Of a stretch of 64,000 nt of DNA, positions 1-13,690 are shown piece after piece (positions within the stretch are counted from its first letter, which is position 1; every line of letters starts with the position of its first letter). Position numbers and translations under genes: made by a program. The stretch is taken from contig CM007989.1 of NCBI GenBank assembly GCA_002189035.1, positions 3,100,001 through 3,164,000 on the forward strand. The letters run 5' to 3'. This stretch comes from Utricularia gibba. Taxonomy: Eukaryota; Plantae; Magnoliophyta. Under the pieces are notes generated by a model. The model did not search any database. It was not told the DNA's origin and was given only the letters and a program-made list of their open reading frames with translations.

Positions 1-648
1 GATCTAGATCATAGAACAATGTCTATAAGGAGATGCCAATACTAGCATCGGCCATGTACACCAAACAGAAAACTAACAATAATCTAGTAGTATTGGGACT
101 AAGAAATCAGCAATGCTAACTTAAAGATTAAGAACAAGCCAGTGGTATCCTACTTTTCATTCAAATGGAAAAAAAGATGATGGGAATATACTGACAAAAC
201 ATGATTCAATTTAGCATTATTAGTTTTCAGCATTGCAAATTTCTTTCCCTTTACTATAGTTGTACTCGGTCTGGTATGCCACACCCCCGCCCCACTTATC
301 CCCACTTATCCCCTCGCTGACATTCCATTTTGGGCACCTTCAGTCATCAACTTTTAAAGTTCCCAAGCGGGTACAAGCACTGACAAAAGAATTAGATAAT
401 TTCTTCAAAACTGACGATTTTAGCTTCGCTTCCAAATCCTAATTCCAGAAAAATAAAAATTTTAAACGTCGATATCAGTATATGTTTAGTAGATAATTGC
501 ATTAAACATCCAACACGGCTCGGAGACTGTGTTCCATCGCCAAATGACCAACTAAAAGGCATGAAAGAGCTCCAAGAAGCAAGTGTGATTCAACCCGTCC
601 ATGGCGAGAATTGAAAGAAATAGCATAACAGTCAGAGAAGCATGGAAC

Positions 649-807
649 CTGTTCTTTCCGTTCATCTCCACTTGAAATCGACGCAGAGACGGTTGCGCTA
701 GCCGATCGGACAGCCGTGCTCGCATTTGAAGAGATCGTCTTGATGCAAGAAGAAACAATCCTCAAAGAACTCGGCAACTTGCCATTTCTCCCCATGGCTT
801 TCTTCAT
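649..807 (-). CDS. ATG18: Autophagy-related protein 18g/h (BCAS3-like WD40), first coding exon; the gene continues beyond the left window edge
   Basis: ATG at 807. MKKAMGRNGKLPSSLRIVSSCIKTISSNASTAVRSASATVSASISSGDERKEQ (53 codons) ends at a CAG|GT donor at 648. It matches the remembered ATG18g/h N-terminus (LPxSLRIISSCxKTVSxNAS..VRSAGA). I found no exon 2 in 1-648. Confidence 0.85.
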
Positions 808-1576
808 CGCCTATCAATTCTTCTCCCCCTTTCCCCGTGATTACCTCCTCCGTCGGCCTTTCGCCACCGCCACCGACACAAAAAACACTTCCTCCTCCAC
901 TCCACCGCCTCCACCCACCGACACGTGAACGGCTACTCCTCTGATCATCGAATTCAAAGATCGTTCAACAAACAAAAAACTGTAACAATCGCGCGAATTT
1001 ATCAAATCAATTCGAAGATATCTTCAAGAATTTCGACTTTGACTTGAAGCGAAATCCATATCCGCATTAACTTGGAGCCACAGTTGGTGCATATCCATCC
1101 ATATATAGAAGAAGCTCTGTATTGAAGTTGCTTGCGCTTCACAATTCTATCCTCAGTTAAAAATAATAATAATAAATAAAATAAAATAAATAAAGAGCCC
1201 AATACCTTGAATAGTTTATTACTCGGTCTTGGGTTGAGCCCAAACTGGACCCGGCCCATTATAATATTTTATTTACGTAAAAAAATGATAAAAAATTCAA
1301 GAAACAAACTTCATCATCATAATCTCAACTAATCGCAGTACTTTACTTGAAATCCACGGCATGGGGATAATTAAGCGTTGTGGCGTGACCTCTGTATGGT
1401 ATTCAAGTTATCATGTCTTGAAGCACAATCTGTCCTTCATGATAACCGTCATTTTTCTCACCCCCTGAACCCAAATCTCTGCTTTCTTCAATCCCACATT
1501 CTTCTACTGTAAAAAGATACTGTCTTGAATTGTCTTCTTGTTCTAAAGTTCAGGCTTTTCTGTGAGTACTTGCTGA

Positions 1577-3196
1577 ATGTCGTCTTCCCCTGTAACAGTT
1601 CTTGAGGACCTGCTGAATGGGTCTCCATCGGATTCTCCCGATCACACGACGTCGTGTTCGATAGGATCTAGTGATGCAGAGCCGGTGGCAGGACTGTGTC
1701 ACTACAAGCAACGGCTTGCTGCATTGCCAAGAGGGATAGCAAGTGTTGTGATGAGGTGCAGGTTCAAGCACCAAGCATCTGACTGTTCGGTGCCCCATTT
1801 AAAGCATTTCAAGCTCAAAGAACTTCGAACCGCAACGAGAGACTTTTCTACCGGTTCCCACTCTGCATAATCTTGTATCCTTTTCACCGGTAGAATGTAA
1901 AGTCTGAAGCTTTGGTCAACAGATTGCTTGATCGGAAGGGGCTCGCACGCGGAGGTGTATCAAGGACGTTTCCGGGACGGGACGGTGGCTGCGATCAAAC
2001 GATACAAGGGTAGAAGTGTGAAGGAAATGGAAGAGGAATTACTTCATGAAGTTGGGATGATGGCTCACCTGAATCATCCAAACACAGCAAAGGCGATGGG
2101 GTATGGAGTTGAAGGAGGGATGCATCTTGTTCTTGAGTTTGCTCCACTCGGAAGCTTATGCTCTCTCCTTCATAGTGAGTGATGATGCTTCACTCACAGT
2201 CCCATGTGTGCTGCCTGCTTGATTCTTCTGTTGTTTCTGGGCAGACTCGAGCAGGAAAATGGAGTGGAATGCTCATTACAAGGTTGCAGTCGGGACGGCT
2301 AGAGGGCTACTGTACCTTCATGAGGTCTGTGGGAGAAGGATCATTCATAGAGATGTTAAGGCAGCAAATGTGCTGCTATCTGAGGATTTTGAGCCACAGG
2401 TTCTTCTCTCTGCTGCATAGTGCATAGTGCTCAACTTGATCCAAATTTGAGTCTTTTGTCTTAAACTTGGCTTTGAATCAGATATGTGATTTTGGACTAG
2501 CACGATGGCTTCCAAGGCAATGGACTCATGTTGTTGTTCCGAATGCAGAAGGCACATTCGGGTTCGTTCCACTCCGATGGCTTCTCGATTTCTACAGATT
2601 CAGGCTACAAACTTAGCAGCTCCTCCCCTGCTCATGTGATCAATGCAATTTGTATGCAGTTATTTAGCACCTGAGCTGCTGTCACAAGGGGTGGTGGATG
2701 AGAAAACTGATGTCTTCGCATTCGGAGTGCTGCTTCTGGAGCTGGTAACAGGGCGAAGAGCGCTGGATTACTCAAAGCGGAGCCTTGTCATGTGGGTGAG
2801 CTTCTGAACTTTTCTTTGCTTCAAAACTTAAGGCTTCACATGCTTGTGCAATGCAAAGACGAGGCCGATGTTGAGGAAGAACAAGATGAAGGAGCTCATT
2901 GATGCTAGGCTTGGACATGAATACAACATGGTGGAGCTGAATCTTGTCTCCCTTGCTGCTTCCCTATGCATCCAGGAAAGTGTTTCACTTCGGCCACGCA
3001 TGAACCAGGTAGGCTGAACACTGATCTACTGGCATCATTCCATTGCTACTTCCATATAAGCTTTCGATAAAAATGGCAGATTCTATTGATTCTGAAGGGA
3101 GGATGTGGAAGCTTGGAGCTGATGAGAAATGGAGTGGATATCTCAAGTTGTCAGAAGTTCTATCAGCAACTTTTTAGCTCAAATGGTGGGCATTAG
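1577..3196 (+). CDS. Receptor-like cytoplasmic Ser/Thr kinase, RLCK-VI (RBK-like), 7 exons
   Basis: Spliced model gives [44 protein letters not shown]|[29 protein letters not shown] and RPRMNQ. All phases are compatible; TAG at 3194-3196. Confidence 0.9.
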
Positions 3197-3600
3197 CAGA
3201 AATATTGGCCTGTCCTTTGTACCATTTTCCCCTTAGAACAACACACTGAATTTGATTGCAATGATTTAGAAGCAGCTGTTGCGAATTTTCCGAGGTTTCC
3301 GCCACTAGGCCGTAATCACGACAACGAAGCACAGGATGACAAACCTGGTAAGAGGAGACATGGTAAGGAGGGCTGGCTGGCAGGCTGGGGCCTCATTGCA
3401 TGATTTGACTCTGACCCAGAGAGCCGATCTGTCACGTAACGGTTCTTGAGACCTGATAAGAAAGAAACCCAATTCCCCCTGAAAAATCTCCATGGATATC
3501 ACAACCACAACGGCGAACCAAACGGAGAACGTGGCACTCGTTTCAGTTTCGTTACCTTAGGCTCCTATAATCCACATATCCCAGTTTCCGGACAGCAGCC

Positions 3601-6284
3601 ATGACGAAGAATCACGACAACGAAATCGTTGACGAGCCGGAAAGCCTCCGCGCTTCACTTATTTCGCCAGATGAGTCTGGAGGAGGATGCAAGGAAGAAA
3701 GATTCATGGTGTACTTCACTACATTTGTAGCCGTCTGTGGGTCTTACGCATTTGGATCTTGTGTAAGTTCCAGTTGAGCCTTTTTCACGGAATACAAGAT
3801 GATTTGTGCCTGATAGAGAATTGTCCAGGCCGGGTACTCATCACCGACGCAAGATGCTATTAGAGAAGACGTGAAACTATCACTTGCAGAGGTTAGTTGG
3901 ATCACTGCTGGCTTGAAGATGAGTTTTTCTTTCACTGCTTGATCTGTGTTTCTGTATGCAGTACTCTTTGTTTGGCTCTATACTCACTTTTGGAGCCATG
4001 ATTGGAGCAATAACAAGTGGCAAAATTGCAGACCTCGCTGGCCGCAAAGGGTAAGTTCAAATTGTAATAAAAACAGCTTTGCTGCACTGAGAATAAGGTG
4101 CCGAGGTTAAAAAATATATATATGGGGCAGGCGATGCTGATATCAAGTGGATTCTGCATAGCAGGGTGGCTAGCCATTTATTTTGCCAAGGTAATGAGAG
4201 GAGAAGCCAGTGATCGGAGCTCTTGATCGATAATCCGAGACTTGATCCATTTATCCTGTAAATTAACAGGTAGCCACGGTTCTAGATGTTGGAAGATTGG
4301 CTACTGGATACGGAATGGGGCTCTTTTCCTATGTGGTAAACTTGAAGTCTCGGTTGTAATCATACTGCCCTTCAGAGATAACAGCTTCAGAGTTGTTCAG
4401 GTTCCTGTGTTTATTGCTGAAATCTCCCCCATGCGTCTAAGAGGTGCATTGACAACCATAAACCAGGTGAACTCTTAGAGCAGTCAAGATCTGAGTATAT
4501 CCATAATGAGTAAACACAAGTTACTCTTTTTCCTCGTTGGAACTCTGTCTGCAGCTCATGATTTGTACTGGAGTATCGGTATCGTTCATAATCGGAACGG
4601 TGCTAACATGGAGGACGCTAGCATTAGTTGGTAAGTCGGTCAATGTTCATGCAATTTCCCCATTCAATCAGCTGAAAGCAGGAGTTCAACTTTTGCAGGC
4701 ATAGTCCCTTGTGCTATTCTGGTGTTAGGCCTTTTTATCATTCCGGAGTCTCCTAGATGGCTTGTAAGTATCGTTGAATATCGCATTCAGTATCCATATG
4801 TGCATCTTTCTGTAAGTCCATAAATCCTCCCTGGTCAGGCAAAACAAGGACGGCAGAAAGAATTTGAAGCCTCCTTGAAGAGACTGAGAGGGAAGGATGC
4901 AGACATCTCTGAAGAGGCTGATGAAATTCAGGTAGGAAAATCAGTTCTTTAAACAAATTCATACCGAGTTTTTATGAGAGATTTCCTCCACAGGATTACA
5001 TAGAAACTCTAGAGAGACTTCCCAAGGCCAAAGTTCTTGATTTGTTCCAAAGAAGATATCTAAGCTCAGTCACCGTACGGATGGATGCATTCCTTTCTGA
5101 AAATTCTGACCCCTTAACCAAAAAGATTTGCCTTGACAATTTGCAATGCTAAAACAGATCGGAGTCGGCCTCATGATCTGCCAACAACTTGGAGGAATAA
5201 ATGGAGTATGCTTCTATACCAGCAGCATATTTGAGTCATCAGGTAAAACTGAAATAAGGATGGTCACTGCATAAATGCAATGCTTGTTCAAATAATGGAA
5301 TCTCCACACAATGTGCAACATTATGAGCTGGGGTAAACCGGGGCCATATTAAATCTTCTATATTATGTAACAGGATTCCCAGCTGATATCGGTACAATTA
5401 CATACGCAATTCTCCAGGTTGTGATCACTGCAATAGGGGCCATTTTGATTGACAGGGCTGGAAGGAAACCTCTCATAATTGTAAGATTCACCCATCCTTG
5501 TGTCTTGTATTTGTAACTCCATTCAATGTAACCAACATCAGTGCAGATTTCTGGAGCTGGCCTGGTCCTCGGTTGCCTGATGACGGCTGTTTCATTCTTT
5601 CTCAAAGTGAATACTCGCACTCCCTTGCTATCTCAGTTTTCTCCTTTTTTTCAGCAATTTGATTGAGAAAAATGAGTTCATGCCCTTTATCAGGATGCCA
5701 AACTTGCAACTGAGGCTGCTCCAGCGCTTGCCGTCACTGGTATATTGGTAATCTTATTTCCCATCAATCCAGTGACATGTTTTTACTAGAGGTCTTTCAC
5801 TTGGAAAAAATGCAATCTTCAGATCTACATAGGTTCCTTTTCTATCGGAATGGGAGCTGTTCCGTGGGTGGTGATGTCTGAGGTTCGTGTCTCTAAGCTG
5901 CTTTAGCGGGAAACTTCCGAGAAATGACTAAGAACTGAGTTCATATTGCAGATATTTCCAATAAACATCAAAGGAGTAGCAGGCAGTTTTGCAACACTAG
6001 TGAACTGGTTCGGAGCATGGGCTTGTTCTTACACTTTCAACTTCCTCATGAGCTGGAGTTCCTATGGTAACAAAAAATACAAAATCTTCGTCTACTTCGC
6101 ATAGCTTTCGATTCTTACCTCGGGAAAGTAACAGACATAGTTACAAGTCCGGTTATGTTTTTTTGCAGGAACATTCATTCTTTATGCAGCAGTGAATAGT
6201 CTTGCTATTGTGTTTGTGATCAAAGTGGTCCCTGAAACTAAAGGAAGAACTCTGGAACAAATACAGGCAGCCATAAACTCGTGA
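3601..6284 (+). CDS. ERD6L7: Sugar transporter ERD6-like (ESL, ERD6-like 7 type), 17 exons
   Basis: [19 protein letters not shown]|[47 protein letters not shown]|IFP and [11 protein letters not shown]. All introns are GT-AG; TGA at 6282-6284. Confidence 0.95.
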
Positions 6285-6810
6285 TTTCTCACCAGATTCA
6301 CAATTACCTCTATCTGTTTTTGTTGTTCCCCTGAACTACTGTGCCTTGCATGAATTGAACGTGAATACTGCACCGCCCTGTACTCCAATTTAAGCAGATG
6401 AATATATCTGATAGTATTGAATCAGAATATAAAACTATCAAACTAGAGAAGAACATAGAGAACTGAAGCATCACACAGTGATGCTGATTCCTATGCCATT
6501 TTCCACATCCATTCCAATGTTGATTTTTTTCGTTGAACAATCGATGGTTATTTCTGGATCACCGCCGCTGACGAGTACCTTTGAATGCAGGGAGATCCTT
6601 CGCAAAACACATCGAAGAGATCTCCGCCGCTGACGACGTACTCGAGAAACCCGTCGCCGCTGGCGGCAATGGTATTGTGCATATTTCTCGAATATAAGTT
6701 AATTTTTTTAATATCAATTAGCGGGATTTTAATATCCACCATGTTCGGTAGAAAATAAAATGTAATTATATGCCAGTCCACATGTCGTAATACGATTGGT
6801 TGGTTCTATT

Positions 6811-8680
6811 CTAGCCTGAGCTTGTACGGAGAAGATGAAGCGTCTTCAATGCCTTGGTTCTATTCTTAGCCGACCTTGACCTTGGAGTGTGGCAATGCGG
6901 CTCCGTACTACTAACGGTGGGCACCTTCATCACGTCCACCTTCACTACGTGATGATCAGAGGTCCCTTTTGATGAAATCACGGAGTATGATCCGGGGACA
7001 AACTTGTACGGCGATCGCGACGACGACAGTAAGTAGTCGACTCTGGTTCCGTACTTGCACGTCCCTTGTACACCTTCGTGTTGAAGACAGCGAGATTACA
7101 AACGAATCCAGACCATGAAGCGAGGTTAGTTTCAGTATGTACTCTGTCCCTTGGCGATCATGACGACGGCCTCGCATTCCCCGGCGAAATCCTTGGCGTC
7201 GGTGTATCCCACCTTCTTCAGCTGCTTCATCACCTCGGATTTAGGTGTTGGTTTTCCCATTTCTTCGTAGTACTGTGATGAAATACATTGTCGGGTTTCA
7301 GTCATGAATCGTCGATCAGTATGAAGGTAAATGGTGTATGTAACCTTCACTATGTCTCCCCATCTTTCGTCTGAATAATCAGTTTCGTCGAGGGCGTTTA
7401 GGCCTCCGGCCAAGATATGCGGAACTGTTGTGGATTTGATTATGGCGTTTACCTGCTCCATCCTCCAGTTCTCGTCTAAGTGATCAAGGAGTGTGCACAG
7501 CATGTTGATTTCTCCTGCTTGAGGTACTTCAATGGTGGCCTTCAGTACAATCCTGCATCAGTGACATGTTGACAACTTCTATACTACAAGGAGAAATTAG
7601 AGCTTATGATTGCTCCATTAAAGACGAAGACTCGCAGTGCTGGTACTCTGGAAAGCTTGAAAGCCACTCATCATAGCTACTCTTTCTCCTCTACAAGACA
7701 TCGCCATGTGCAGAAGAGTATTATTCTATTTATTGAAACACCCCACATGGTTGAAAGCATGGCCTTTACTTCAACGAAAGCCAGCCATGAAAATTAGAGT
7801 ACCCTTTTCTCTGTTCTTTCGCCATTGAAGTGCTCTTAAAAGCTTGGTACTTTGATTGACAATCTGGGAAGACAGTAAAAAGGTGAAAAAGGGGAACCCG
7901 ATTCTCACCTGAAATCAGAGTCGTCGAAGATTTTGTGAGCTTTCCATTTCTTGATCGGCCACTTGGAAAGAATGGCGTTTCCGAATTGAGGAGCCCAGCT
8001 CTCGGCAAACACAAATGTCATTCCGAGAGCAGCTGCTAAATCAGATAATGGCTTCATATTCTTCTCCTCCTCTGCCTTCACATCCTGCAGAGCCAAAATG
8101 TCGGCATCCAAATCTCTCAAGACTTCGAAAATGGTTCGATTACTCTGATAATCCATTGCGCTTTTTGAACATAAGGGAGCCTTCCCTTTGAGGATTTTCC
8201 CGGAGCTACTCTCGGGGTTCGAAGGTGAAGGCAAATCCTCTGTCTCGAGGATCAAGCGTCCACTCCTGCTCAACGAAATCTCATTATCGGGTAAGTTGAT
8301 AGACACCCGTAGTGATTTGGAATGGCTGTTTTGATTGGGATGCAGGGGAGAATTTTTGAGTATGCTCCTGGACGAGCTTTCAATTTCCGAACTTCCGACT
8401 CCAAGCTGTTTGATAAAATGCCGCTTTGAGGAACAGCTTGCGCCATGGAGAAAAGGGAAGCATTGAATGTCGCTACCCGTATCGGCCTCACCGAAATCCC
8501 TGGTTCAGTACCGCAACTGATCACCGACGAGGGACCGCAGCTATTCCTATGATCGAATCGGGTTCTTGAATTCGACTTCACGAGTTTCTTGATGACAATA
8601 TTTGGCTTCGACCGGCGGCGGACGCTCCACCCGAGATGGCGGTAGAAGCGGCGCAGGTTGTTGGTGAAAGCTTTCAGCAT
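6811..8680 (-). CDS. DNase I-like endonuclease/exonuclease/phosphatase (EEP) family protein, 4 exons; 1-bp frameshift near 8369
   Basis: IRVATFNASLFSMA, VSINLPDNEIS, DADILALQDVKAEEEK, WAPQFGNAILSKWP, LDHLDENWR, GTCKYGTRVDY and GTSDHH. The first ATG is at 8680 (the track's 8692 start is GTG). CGTCCA^GGAGC needs one extra base to give the RP(R/K)SILKNSPLHP frame. Confidence 0.9.
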
Positions 8681-9841
8681 TTTTGGGTACACGAAAAAGG
8701 TGAGCTTTGATGGTGTAGCGACGCCATTTTCGGAGGTGCAGCACGAGATGTGCCTGACGGGGAAGAAAAATGAGAATGTAATGAGAGGTACTGTTCACGA
8801 CGAAGATTCTGTAAGGTTGAAACGTGAAGGGAGGTGACGCTTTCTTTTGCTTTCAGGTTGAAAAAGCAGAAAACTCAGCTTTGTTGCTTTGAGGAAGAAG
8901 GTGGAATATATGACAAATATACATACTAAAATATGCCAAAATAATAATATAAAATTAAAAGTCATTCCTAACTCATGTATCGCGCCATTTTTGGGACGAT
9001 ATTGCCCCCACATTGGTAAGTACTCGTTTGGACTTACCAAAGTAATAAAAAGGAAAAAGGATTCCAACTGCCTCCACTCACATTTTAATATTTAAATTTA
9101 TTTAAATACCTTTTTAAAAAAGTATTATTTATTATTTGCAATATATTCCAATTTTTAAAACAAATATTAAACTTAATTATTAACAGTTAACAAGCTAGAT
9201 TATCAGTTAACATGGTCATGTGTTTGAGAATTAAATTAGAAATAATTATTTTTCCTTAGAATGAATATAAAAATGATTTTAAAAATACAGCTGTATCTGA
9301 TTAAGGATATTTAATAATAATATTATTGTTATATGTGAAAAAAAGGAATGAATTTGACTTTATTTCAGTGAAGGAAGGAATGTTGCTACAAAAGCAACAA
9401 CTGTGCAAAATGCCAACTGGCAGATACCTTCAAACAACAAATAATAGACAGAAGGGAATGGAATTTTGCACCAGATTCATAAAAAAATAGATAAATAATA
9501 AAATTTGATATTAATTATTATTTTATTGATAAATAATAGTAATTGGAATTAAATAATATTGATGCAATAAATTGGAATATTAATTAATAATTGCTGTGGG
9601 CTGGAGAAATGGAGGAGAAAATGAAATGCGGGATGGGCCATTAATAGAAGTCAATGGCATTGGTGGCTTTTGAAAGCCCAATTAAATTTGGGCTTAGGGT
9701 CGACCCTCACATTCGCCTGTGTGTATATATCTATATATATAACAAGCTGAATATGAAAAGAGCGATTATTTCTTGCGATTCGCGAAAGCAGATCCTACGG
9801 CTTCCTCGGAGCAACCGTGAAAAGTGATTAACCGGAGGGCT

Positions 9842-11409
9842 ATGGATACTTACGCGACGCCGCCAGCGGTAAAGAAGAAAAAGCGGAAGTCTCTTACATG
9901 CTTGAAATCAGATCCGAGAAAATTCCTCAAGGTGTGTTTAATCTTTTGAATTCTCTCCTCATTGAGAATTGTGTTTGTTTCCACCCTTGATTGGATGTCT
10001 TGACCACGTTTACTGCGATTTTCTGTGATTGATGTGGATTTCTGAGTTTCCTCATTGTTGTTGTCTTGGAGAAATATATCTCGGTTCGCGAACTTGTTGC
10101 TTTTGAAACTTTAGCATTTTTTTCGGTACTGTGGATGGAAATAAGATGGATAGGTAGCAGCTAATTTAAACATGGGGAGAACAGACGTATAATTCATCAC
10201 GATCCTGAGTATTTTGATATGTTCTTTCCAATGGTTAAAATTTGCCCTCGGAAAGCTTTATTTCCATTTCCAGAGGCAATAGAAATGGTGTTGTTGCTGG
10301 CGATAGCTGATTTTGACTTTTTTCGAAGCGTGACTTTCGTTATGAAATTAGTTAGTAGTTAGTTGCTACTGTTTGTCTTGCGTCTTAAGGGCACCCACTT
10401 GGTATCACTGAACGAGAATATGTACTGTCTGTGTCAAAGTGGGAACACTGGTGAAGGTTGTTATCAAGATCACACAGTCCTGCATAAATCGGGTCTTGCT
10501 CTAAATACTAGATGCTGAAGTTGTCCAAAATATATCGAGGATGTCTGCATTGGCTTGTCCAACTTGAAGCCAACAACGTTTTGATTGTCTAGAAAATTGA
10601 CCACATGCAGTGTTGATTGATATCTGCATATATGCTTTTGAATTGCTGCTTGCACCTTTTATTTCCTTGACTTATGCAATGTTCCTGATGGGAGTGAGTA
10701 ATATATTTGAACTAGGCTGCTGCATTTTGTGTGATCTTTTAACACAGGCAGCACCTGCTTGTGTCTGGGAGTATGAGACTTGTCGTTTGTGATTTTTGTT
10801 GTATGCGCTAATGCCTCATCCATTTCCATTTATCCGCATATAATAAAAGATCCATCAGCATCCTATTTCCTTGAAAGATGCTAATTTCATGGTTTTCATG
10901 TTTCCTTTCTATTCTTGACGCTTCAGTATTCCAGCAATCCCTCCAGGATCAGCAGGTGGGCTGTACAGTGCAGTGCATGCTTCAAGTGGAGAGCCATACC
11001 AACAGAAGAAGAGTTTGAGGAGATCAGGAGCAACCAGATAGAGGATGCATTCACTTGTAGCAGGCTACCCAACGTTTCGTGTGATGACAATCAGAACATC
11101 GAGCCAGACACCAAACACACGTGGGTCATCGACAGGCCTAATATTCCCAAAACTCCCCTCGGTTTCAAGAGATCACTGATTATGAGAAAAGATAGTTCGA
11201 AGATGGATTGCTACTACATCACACCAAATGGCCTCAAGCTGAGGTCCATGACTGAAGTCTCCTTGTTCCTGCAGAAGCACCCCGAGTACAATAATGTCAC
11301 TCTGGAAGACTTCAGCTTCACTACTCCAAAGGTCATGAAAGAAACCATTCCGCAACATCTCCTTGTCCACAAGCAGGGGCCTTCAAGTGGCTGCATCGAA
11401 TACAACTGA
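9842..11409 (+). CDS. MBD4: Methyl-CpG-binding domain protein with CW zinc finger (MBD4-like), 2 exons (9842-9931, 10927-11409)
   Basis: WAVQCSACFKWR..FTC..VSCDD (zf-CW) is followed by WVIDRPNIPKTPLGFKRSLIMRKD..DCYYITPNGLKLRS (MBD). The intron is phase 0, AAG|GT...CAG. Confidence 0.9.
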
Positions 11410-11728
11410 ATGCAAGCCACTCCACATCAACCGCAACCGGCCAAATCCAGTCTTGGACTGAATTGATCAGGTAGCAACTAACTTGACTCATAGCTTAGAG
11501 CCAGACCCTTTGTTGTTGCAGCTTAAAGCTAGTTGTTGTTCATCCTCTGAACAGTTCCAGCTTTTGGACATGCAGATTCGCTGTTTCGCGGCATTCTGCT
11601 TACTCAGATGAGAACCTCAAAAAGAACTTGAAAAATCTTGCATAAAATAAACTGGGGCTCTCAAAGTGTCATCCAAACAAGTAGCGTACAAAACTTGAAT
11701 TCAAAAGCATCACCACTCAGAACGATGA

Positions 11729-13356
11729 TCATTTTCTTTTTGTGGATAACTGACGACGCTCAACTTCTTTCTCAGCAACTACCACATAGAATTCAGCTCC
11801 AAGCATGTCGTGTATGTCAACATTCTGAGACTTGCTTAGATTAACAATCTCTAGTATGCCTTCTAAGGTGATGGTGAAGCCTAAGCCAGATAGTACCCGT
11901 ACCGCATTACTCATCCTGCATATGTTTCGCCTTGTGTCAAGTGGGGTGTATGTTTCTTCCTCCGTCGTTTCGTCGCCTGTTGCGTCCGGGTGATCTGTGT
12001 TTCCAGGCTGCTGATCATCCTCTATCATCTCATCCATCACTTGGACATGTTCACCAATCCAAATGAATCCATTGCACCCCAGTATCAAGTCAATGCCATA
12101 CTGATCCAGAAAGTGGAAATGCTGCTTACGCCTCTTTACTAGATATGGGGGAACTGTTACGAGCTGACCTCTCTTGAGCTGCAGGAAGAACATCAAGCTC
12201 AGGAACAGAGTGCATAGGTTTTGGGTGTAGAGGACTTCAAAACATTTCAGATGCAGAAGCATCGCAATGAAATGGTCGACTTTGTCTTGAAAATTAATTA
12301 GCTCACTTTTCCATACTTCTGGCTTCTTGCTTGCAAGTGTAAGCAGCCATCATGCTGGAAACCACGAACTTCAGCCTGAAGAGGGATTGCATTCAAGAGC
12401 ATTAGATGAAAATCAGATGACGAGGAGAAAATGTAAAATGTAGAGAGTTAAAGAATCTTACACAGATAACATCATTTTCTTTAAAGATGGCACGCATGTT
12501 GAGTTCATCATTAGCAGTCCTCCGCCTCTAGAAACCCAATCCGGAAAGAAAATTAACACTATACTCACGTGAGTCAAAAGCTGTTTCAAAACATTTTCCA
12601 CTTGCCTGAATGCCATCTGGTAAGTTCATAGACGAAAGCATAAGCACAGCATCCTGGCTGAAGTTGATCTCCAGTCTCCAACGCTTTGGGGCAATCTAGG
12701 ATGGCATTTTGCAAAACCAATTAAGACACTGAAGATAATGTTTCAACAGAACAAAAAACCACCCAAAAGACACCAAGATCAAAACTTTATACAAGATGAA
12801 AAACTATGAACAATAATTATCACGCAGAGTTTTGCTGTAAACTTTTATAGCATCTTTCACCTCAAGGACACGGCCGACGATGGTATCACCGATCTCTGGC
12901 TTGTACCTGAACGACACAATACCATAACCAACAGCTGGAGCCATTCAAAAACAAGAATTCCAAAAAAAAAAAAAAAGTGTCCACATATCAAAAAACAGAT
13001 AACCACCTGGCTCGCAACTGGCGGACATATACTAGCTTATTAACGCGTTCCACCACCCCACAAAGCGTCGCAACCACGCGACCACCCATATCCCCTGTCC
13101 CATGACCCCTTCATCAAATCAAGGATCCAACATAAGCTTCTCGAATCACGAAATTTTAAACAAACGTCGAAGATGAATGTACCAAAAAAAAGTACTTTAG
13201 TATAGCGTCTTCATAGTTGACGGAAATTTCGTCGGCGACGGTGACGGTTGCGTCGGCGTTTACTTTAAATGACAGAGCATCCAACTCCTCAAAGGCTCTC
13301 TCGAGTCTCAATTTCTGGCCCTTGCTCAGCGATAGCTGCAGTCCCCTCATTTGCAT
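11729..13356 (-). CDS. RRP4: Exosome complex component RRP4, 7 exons
   Basis: MQMRGLQLSLS..ILK|GHGT..LCGVVERVNKLVYVR..R|YKPEIGDTIVGRV, DAVLMLSSMNLPDGIQ|RRRT..DELNMR, LHLQARSQKYGK|L..GQLVTVPP..VKRRKQHFH, LILGCNGFIWIG. Intron 4 (12528-12605) is GC-AG. Confidence 0.95.
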
Positions 13357-13424
13357 GCGCCGGAACCCCAATTCCCTGGTCTCGACTCCAAACCCTTGTA
13401 AAACCCCTAATTCCGCATCAGGAA

Positions 13425-13434
13425 ATTAGGGTTT
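13425..13434 (-). promoter_or_regulatory. Telo-box (AAACCCTAAT) upstream of RRP4
   Basis: ATTAGGGTTT on the + strand, about 70 bp upstream of the RRP4 ATG. Telo-boxes are established in plant ribosome-biogenesis gene promoters. Confidence 0.6.
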
Positions 13435-13690
13435 TTACATTCACATTAAATTTTGTTTATGTTATTTTTTTGTAATTTTAAAAATACAATATTAATACAT
13501 AATTTCCACATTTTTTACATCATCAACACAATCTCGTACTGATGTTCATTACACAGAAATATCAGCAACAATGGAGACCTCTTCTTCATGACAAGAAAGA
13601 AGGTGTCTAAGCACTCCCCTGATAACTAACTAAACTACGTACTTCAGATGATCATCCAACAGAGGCATCGTACATCACACACATGAAAAG

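Noticed and set aside
3194-3202. Programmed stop read-through after the RLCK TAG
   Set aside because: The context is TAG CAG AAA, not the TAG CAR YYA leaky motif. The downstream peptide has no kinase-tail features, and a 68-codon open stretch can arise by chance.
6560-6670. GC-rich patch reading LEYVVSGGDLFD (kinase-like) on the - strand and an exon-like AG...GT segment on the + strand
   Set aside because: About 30 codons only, with no other kinase subdomain or partner exon nearby. It lies in the convergent 3' UTR zone of ERD6 and EEP.
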